A DNA stretch of 62,662 bases, counting the filler, from Choristocarpus tenellus KU-1152 (Eukaryota > Protista > Phaeophyceae), in NCBI GenBank assembly GCA_964200185.2. It is 12 parts of 12 records of this genome, joined end to end, with 100 filler letters (N's around TTAATTAATTAA, not from the genome) between each part and the next. Parts side by side here need not be neighbours in the genome. Positions count along the whole stretch, not along the records: positions 51,497 to 59,909 come from CAXNAD020004742.1; positions 60,010 to 62,662 come from CAXNAD020025941.1; 10 more parts are not named here. The stretch is one strand, 5' to 3'. Both the position numbers and the translations under genes were made by a program. Under the pieces are notes generated by a model. That model worked only from the letters and a program-made list of their open reading frames with translations, searched no databases and had not been told where the DNA came from. This document shows, piece after piece, positions 57,492 to 62,662 of this stretch (positions within the stretch are counted from its first letter, which is position 1; every line of letters begins with the position of its first letter).

Positions 57492-58559
57492 GATAAAGCA
57501 GCACCAGCTGCAGCTGGTGCAGCAGGTACAGATTTGATAGCACCTCGTCCAATCACAGTGACAGTTGGAGAACCAGGGCTAGATAGCATTCCCTTGTAGA
57601 TAAAAGCAGAGGTCGTGTGAGTCCCTCCGACTTGTACTTCAATTCTCCTCTCGTTCTTAAACACGCCTTTCAATGATTTTATTATTATGCCCTTTCCACA
57701 ATCCTTCACCATACTTCGACGGTATAATGCTTCCTCCTTATACCATTCTTTGGTATAATAAGGATCCTCCCTTTTCACCTAGCAACCTAACCCTATCTAT
57801 TGTATCTATATCATTGTTTTGAATCATGGACAAACCACATCGACGGCAACTAAGCAGCCGCTGGAATAACAGTCACCAGAAACCTGTACGAGTAAGGGGG
57901 AATGCGGACCATGAAAAGTATAGTCGAGCTATTTGCAACAGAACAGTGTTGGCGGGAGTGGGATTGTTGCTGTTTATATCAGGTTTGGAGGATGGACAAC
58001 TCTTTCTCTGTTTGGGGTTCTCGCCATGAATTTTACTTCACAAAACGTTAGAGGACTACTACCGTACCCAAGTGTTCAAAATAACATGATTTCATTGTTT
58101 CATGTCTTCAAATGTTAGATTTAGTAGGAAATTTGAAGTGTTGTAAGCTGGTGTTGTTTTGATAGTGGATGATGCAAATAGGTGTGAGTGATGGAATGAC
58201 TCTTTGTCAACAGTGTCCTGAAGACTGCGTATTTAGCACTTTGAACCCAGTTTCTTTGTGTGATTTCTTTTGCAAGGTGTCCTTGCATTCATGTTGGGGC
58301 AATGGTCTTACATCATCTCGCCAAGGCTTGCAATTACTTGCTACTGCGTGCCTTGGAGGACGACAAACTGTTGATAATTGTCATCTATAGATAAGAGCTG
58401 ATCGACACCGACCATGGACGACCAATCGACCCTTACACCCACTTAGTGTAGGAAGAGCAGAAGAATTTCAAAATCTAATGCACTGTAGATATTTTTACTG
58501 TTACACCCTCTCTCATGATCAAGCCTACGTTGTACCACTATATAGTTGGTAAGGTATGA

Positions 58560-58950
58560 TCTGCCCGTGCTGTTCTTCATCTGCATCCGCACAATGTATT
58601 GCTCGTATTATTTATCATTGCCTGGCCCTCGTATCTAAAGCTACAACCTACCTATTTGAGGAAGCGAGTAAAAGATCTGAGGCATGGGGCGGGATGGGTC
58701 AATGATACTTACTGAATGGAAGCAATTGCCTGCATTCCTCATTCGAGAAGAACTCATCGAATGAGCTGACGACCATCGTGTGAGAAGATTCCACCTCATG
58801 AGACAGGTGTTGACGGCACACAAGACGATGCAGGTTGGGCTCACACGTTCTGATCCGGGCATCAAGTAGAACTTTGTTCTGTTCTCCAACTCTGCCACTG
58901 GTTGAAAGTCCACGAAGAAAAACGACCCCCAATAAGCTACCAGTCAACAT
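58560..58950 (-). pseudogene. Possible prolyl-4-hydroxylase-like (2OG-Fe) N-terminal fragment
   Basis: MLTGSLLGVVFLRG..FDEFFSNEECRQLL resembles the FLS-x-EEC-xx-LI motif; following exon not in a clean phase. Confidence 0.25.
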
Positions 58951-59909
58951 TTCACTCAGTCAGTGTGTTAAAACTGCAAATGGGTGATATTAGCACTCGT
59001 CCCCCCGCACCTCTTTGTCCCTCACTCATATAGCCCCTGACCTAAGGATTTCCACACCATTCTCCAATGATGAGCATAATCCTTTGTCATACGCCTACAT
59101 ATATCCTTGGTTTCCTCAGGGATTACTGTCCGGCAGTCTCTACCATGCCGCTACAGATTTTGGGAAAGGCTCACTACCCTTTGCCCCCAGCCATCAACTC
59201 CTCCACCTCCTGCAAGACAGTGGTGGAAGGAGTTGGAAGCATGCGCGGGTCCCCGAAAGGAGTATATGCTGGGAACAAACACCACAGTCCTTCAATACAC
59301 ACGTTGGGGAAGGGTGAGACCTGAGCGTTTGCACAGTCCATGAGAGGTGGAGGAACAGGGGTGGGTAGCTCGCTATTTTCTTGCCTTGTGCGTTTGACCG
59401 CCCCCATAAATACTGTAGCACTTGGCAAACTGTAGACTATAGCCTCGCTTGCATGTCTTGGGTGCCCTCTCTCTCTGGTGCAAGTATTCTTTCTGCCCCT
59501 GTGTGTAACCTGTTCAAACGGCTCTTTTATTTCAGGATAGGTTCGCAAAGAGCCTTTTGATCGTCTTACCCAGACACGTGAAAGTGCTTTCGCGGACGCC
59601 TGCTTGTGTAGGTGGTATCCTCTTGACCCTGAACTGCCTGTATGTTTTTCCTAGAGTCTCGCACCAAGACCCTACACCTCCGGCACTGATTTCTCACTCC
59701 CTCTATTACCATTCACCCCCTGCCACCTGGACACACAGGACGCACATCATGCATTAGCGCCAAGTCACTGAATCCAAAGCGCGAGACTTGCACCCTATCC
59801 TCCGTCCCCTCCCCTCCCCTCCCCACCCTTTGTGACATCCCCTCCTCTGCTCAAGCTTGCGACTGAGTGTGAAAAACCGCCTCAATAATGTTTTTTTGCA
59901 AAGCTTTTT

Positions 59910-60009
59910 NNNNNNNNNNNNNNNNNNNNNNNNNNNNNNNNNNNNNNNNNNNNTTAATTAATTAANNNNNNNNNNNNNNNNNNNNNNNNNNNNNNNNNNN
60001 NNNNNNNNN
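59910..60009. other. Artificial contig linker
   Basis: N44-TTAATTAATTAA-N44. Confidence 0.98.
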
Positions 60010-60229
60010 GAAGTAATCTGAGTTTTGTGGGCGGAAGAATTCTGGTTGGTTGGGGGCACAGGGCAAGGAAGGGGACAGTAAAGAAATACAAGTATTAAGG
60101 AGGGAATGAAGAGTTAAGATTGAGTGGTTAAGAAAATAGGTGGCAGACGGAGGCACAAGGGGAGAAGGAACGAACCGTATTGAATCGAATGAGGAAACCT
60201 GAGGCTGGGGGACAAGACGAGGAAGGCTA

Positions 60230-62600
60230 GATCAAGAGGACCCCCGAGCAATCTTTCGTCGGAACGGATGAAGGAAGAACCCGAACAATCTTCTCGAACA
60301 ATCTTCCCGAAAGTTGAAAGAGGGAAGGGTCATGTGGAAAATGCGGGGAGTCGTGAGGACAAGATATACAAATGGTAAGGAATAGCTCCCAAGGTTAGGG
60401 GGGTGATGACAGTGACGATGAAAAACATCGTGGATAATTGTTGGGCAGGAATAGGACATGTGTATTAAGTGAGAGATTCAGACACTATCGAAGGGGTACC
60501 TGGGGAAATTCATAGAAGAAGAAAGTGCGAAGGACGGACCACGATGTTATCGATGTTATGGCAGAGTAAAACAGGATAAACGCGTAAATGACGAATCGCG
60601 GCGATCCTGAAGGTAATGGTCGTGGCAGAGAGGGGAGTACATGTTTGATACTGGGTTACAAACAATATTTATAGGTTGGTACACAAAGCAGGACGGAAAA
60701 AGGTTGAGGGTCCTGGTAGTACGACAGCATAAGGGTAGTTGGGGACGAATAGTAGAGTGCGCCGTTTATGTCACTAACATGTTTATCCCGTTGAGTTCAC
60801 GACAAAAAGAGAAAAGATAATAGGTCAGGGTAGAGGTAGTGTACCTGCGATAATCTGGTAAAGTACAGTTTAAATATGGCCTGAAATGCAGAGCGGGGGC
60901 AGATATCAGGTCTGTATCGATCGGCGATAGAGGACGTAGGTTGTCTTCCACTGCTGACATGGGCCAACCCCACCCATATGGCAAGAAAAATAGAACAGCG
61001 TGGGCGCATTGTAGGATGATATAGGGGGGACCACCCAAGACAAAGGTAGCGCGCGGAAGGTACGAGGCTAGTAACGAAACCTTTTATTAGGCAGAGATAC
61101 CTTGTGAATCAACGGTTATGTAAATATGAGTAGTCATATATATATTATGTAGTATAGCTACAAGTTGGGAGAGGACGTGAGACAAGAAGTAAAGAAAAAT
61201 ATAAAACCTGTATAGATAGGAGGACTGAATGAGGGATGTGGTAGTTGGAATTTTTATCATAATTTGTTTTATTAGGCGGAGAGACCGCTACGAAAGTAGG
61301 TGGAGATAATTGGAAAGTACTGTGTGAGGACACGTGGTAGGTGGGGGGTTGGAGTGGAGTGAATCCTACGGAAGTAAGAAAGAATTGGGGAATGTGAGTA
61401 GATGTACAGTCGGAAGAGATTATTAAAAATGAGATGTGATAGTTAAGAGGGATGGGGAGAGAGCATGATATTGGAAAATATGAACGCAAAGAAGAGTACA
61501 CCAATATAAAGAGGGGGGGAGGGGAATGGTTAATCGTAGTTCCTACACAACCCTGTGTAATAAAAATGGAGGTGACCTTGTGAATAAAGTGCTACTGCTC
61601 ACAAGGGTAGGCATTTGACGGTTAAACCTACGGAAGTTTCAGGGGCATCGTTATAAAATAATGAAATCACCACAAGGAAAGAAAGTGATTAAAGAAGAGG
61701 CATTGCCTAATAGTGGGATAATCAGTCCAAGTGAATAAAAGGGGTGGGTGGGAGAGAGATTCAGGCCGAAAAAAAAAGAAGATATGTACTTGTATAATAA
61801 TAAAAAAAAGTTTTGGAAGATGCGAATTGCTTAGAGCAGACCTGAATATATCAGAATAGTACACACCTTGATGATTTTAAGTACGTAATGTAGTGATGAA
61901 GGTCCCATGTCCTGGTCAACTCACTAGCATCTACGACTGTTCTAGACTAATACATGCCCAATACACGATTGAGTCCTTACGGTACCCATCCAGATTAGCC
62001 TCTACCAGATTATACAAGACAATGATGAGGAGGGTACAAGACCTTCGTTGGAGCAATGGGTTGATCCTTGACTAGGGGTGGGAAGGTGAACTTGAGAATA
62101 TAGGTACGGCACAGACATTGGAGGGAGGTGATCCCTAAACTTTCCAATGTAAGAGAAGTCCAAGAACATAGAGAAAAAGGGAGGGGGGGGTAGACATATG
62201 AAACTGTTAACAAAAACAAGCGAAAAGGTGTCAAAGCATAAGGTGTTACAGATTCCATCTCAGACTGTTGAAAATAAATAAATAATAATGAAAGTTAAAG
62301 ATATATTAAAAAAAAATGAAAGTTAAAGGGGAGTCTAATGTCAAAGATATAAGGAGGGTGTTGGTAGCCAAGAATTGGGATACTAATAATGTGCTAGACT
62401 AATACATACATGTTACATGCTCGAGTCTCTACAGAACCCATCCAGACTATTCCCTACCAGATTACTCAAGGCAAGGCAGAGGAGGATGCAGGAACAACAT
62501 TTGAGTAATGGGGTGAGCCCTAAACAGGGTTGGGAATGTGGTCTCGAGAGTACAGGTATGTCACAGACATTGGATGGGGGGGGACCCCCAGCAGCCTGCT
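60230..62600 (+). mobile_element. Highly decayed non-LTR retrotransposon-like sequence with an internal duplication
   Basis: Strong purine skew on +; weak RT-like remnants (GRGSVPAIIW ~60830; VIDVMAE..MTNRG ~60545-60600); duplicated coding-like unit at ~61941-62130 and ~62394-62580. Confidence 0.3.
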
Positions 62601-62662
62601 AAGGTAAGAGAAGTTCAAGGACGTAAGGGGGGGGGGGGGAGGGGAGGAAAGACTTACGAAAC

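Noticed and set aside
59174-59548. Helitron Rep fragment
   Set aside because: Only a vague YTPFGDP resemblance; no HUH or helicase motifs seen.

Overview
This window is not a contiguous prokaryotic locus. It is an artificial concatenation of 12 eukaryotic contigs (about 2.7-13 kb each), joined by identical 100-bp linkers (44 N + TTAATTAATTAA + 44 N), so gene neighbourhood across linkers is meaningless. The DNA is an intron-rich genome with mostly GT-AG introns, probably a stramenopile alga (inference from protein style). By manual splicing I reconstructed a complete class I fructose-bisphosphate aldolase with an unusual N-terminal extension. I also reconstructed partial genes for a signal-peptide DnaJ (with a GC-AG intron) head-to-head with a LONRF-type RING protein, a TM+RING E3 ligase, a P4-ATPase flippase, proteasome RPT4, dynactin DCTN1, VPS13, an FG-GAP+TM protein and two unknown proteins. 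The main finding, invisible in the ORF track, is a spliced DUF7869/Sola-like DDD transposase relic in contig 1. One of its exons is interrupted by a ~260-bp MITE with a perfect 4-bp TSD. That MITE belongs to two related families (shared AAAGTATCT TIR core) scattered across the window and found at several contig ends. I also see a probable decayed intron-containing Penelope-like RT, a decayed LINE-like contig, a set of satellites in VPS13 introns, and signs of CpG decay. No rRNA, tRNA or CRISPR array is supported.
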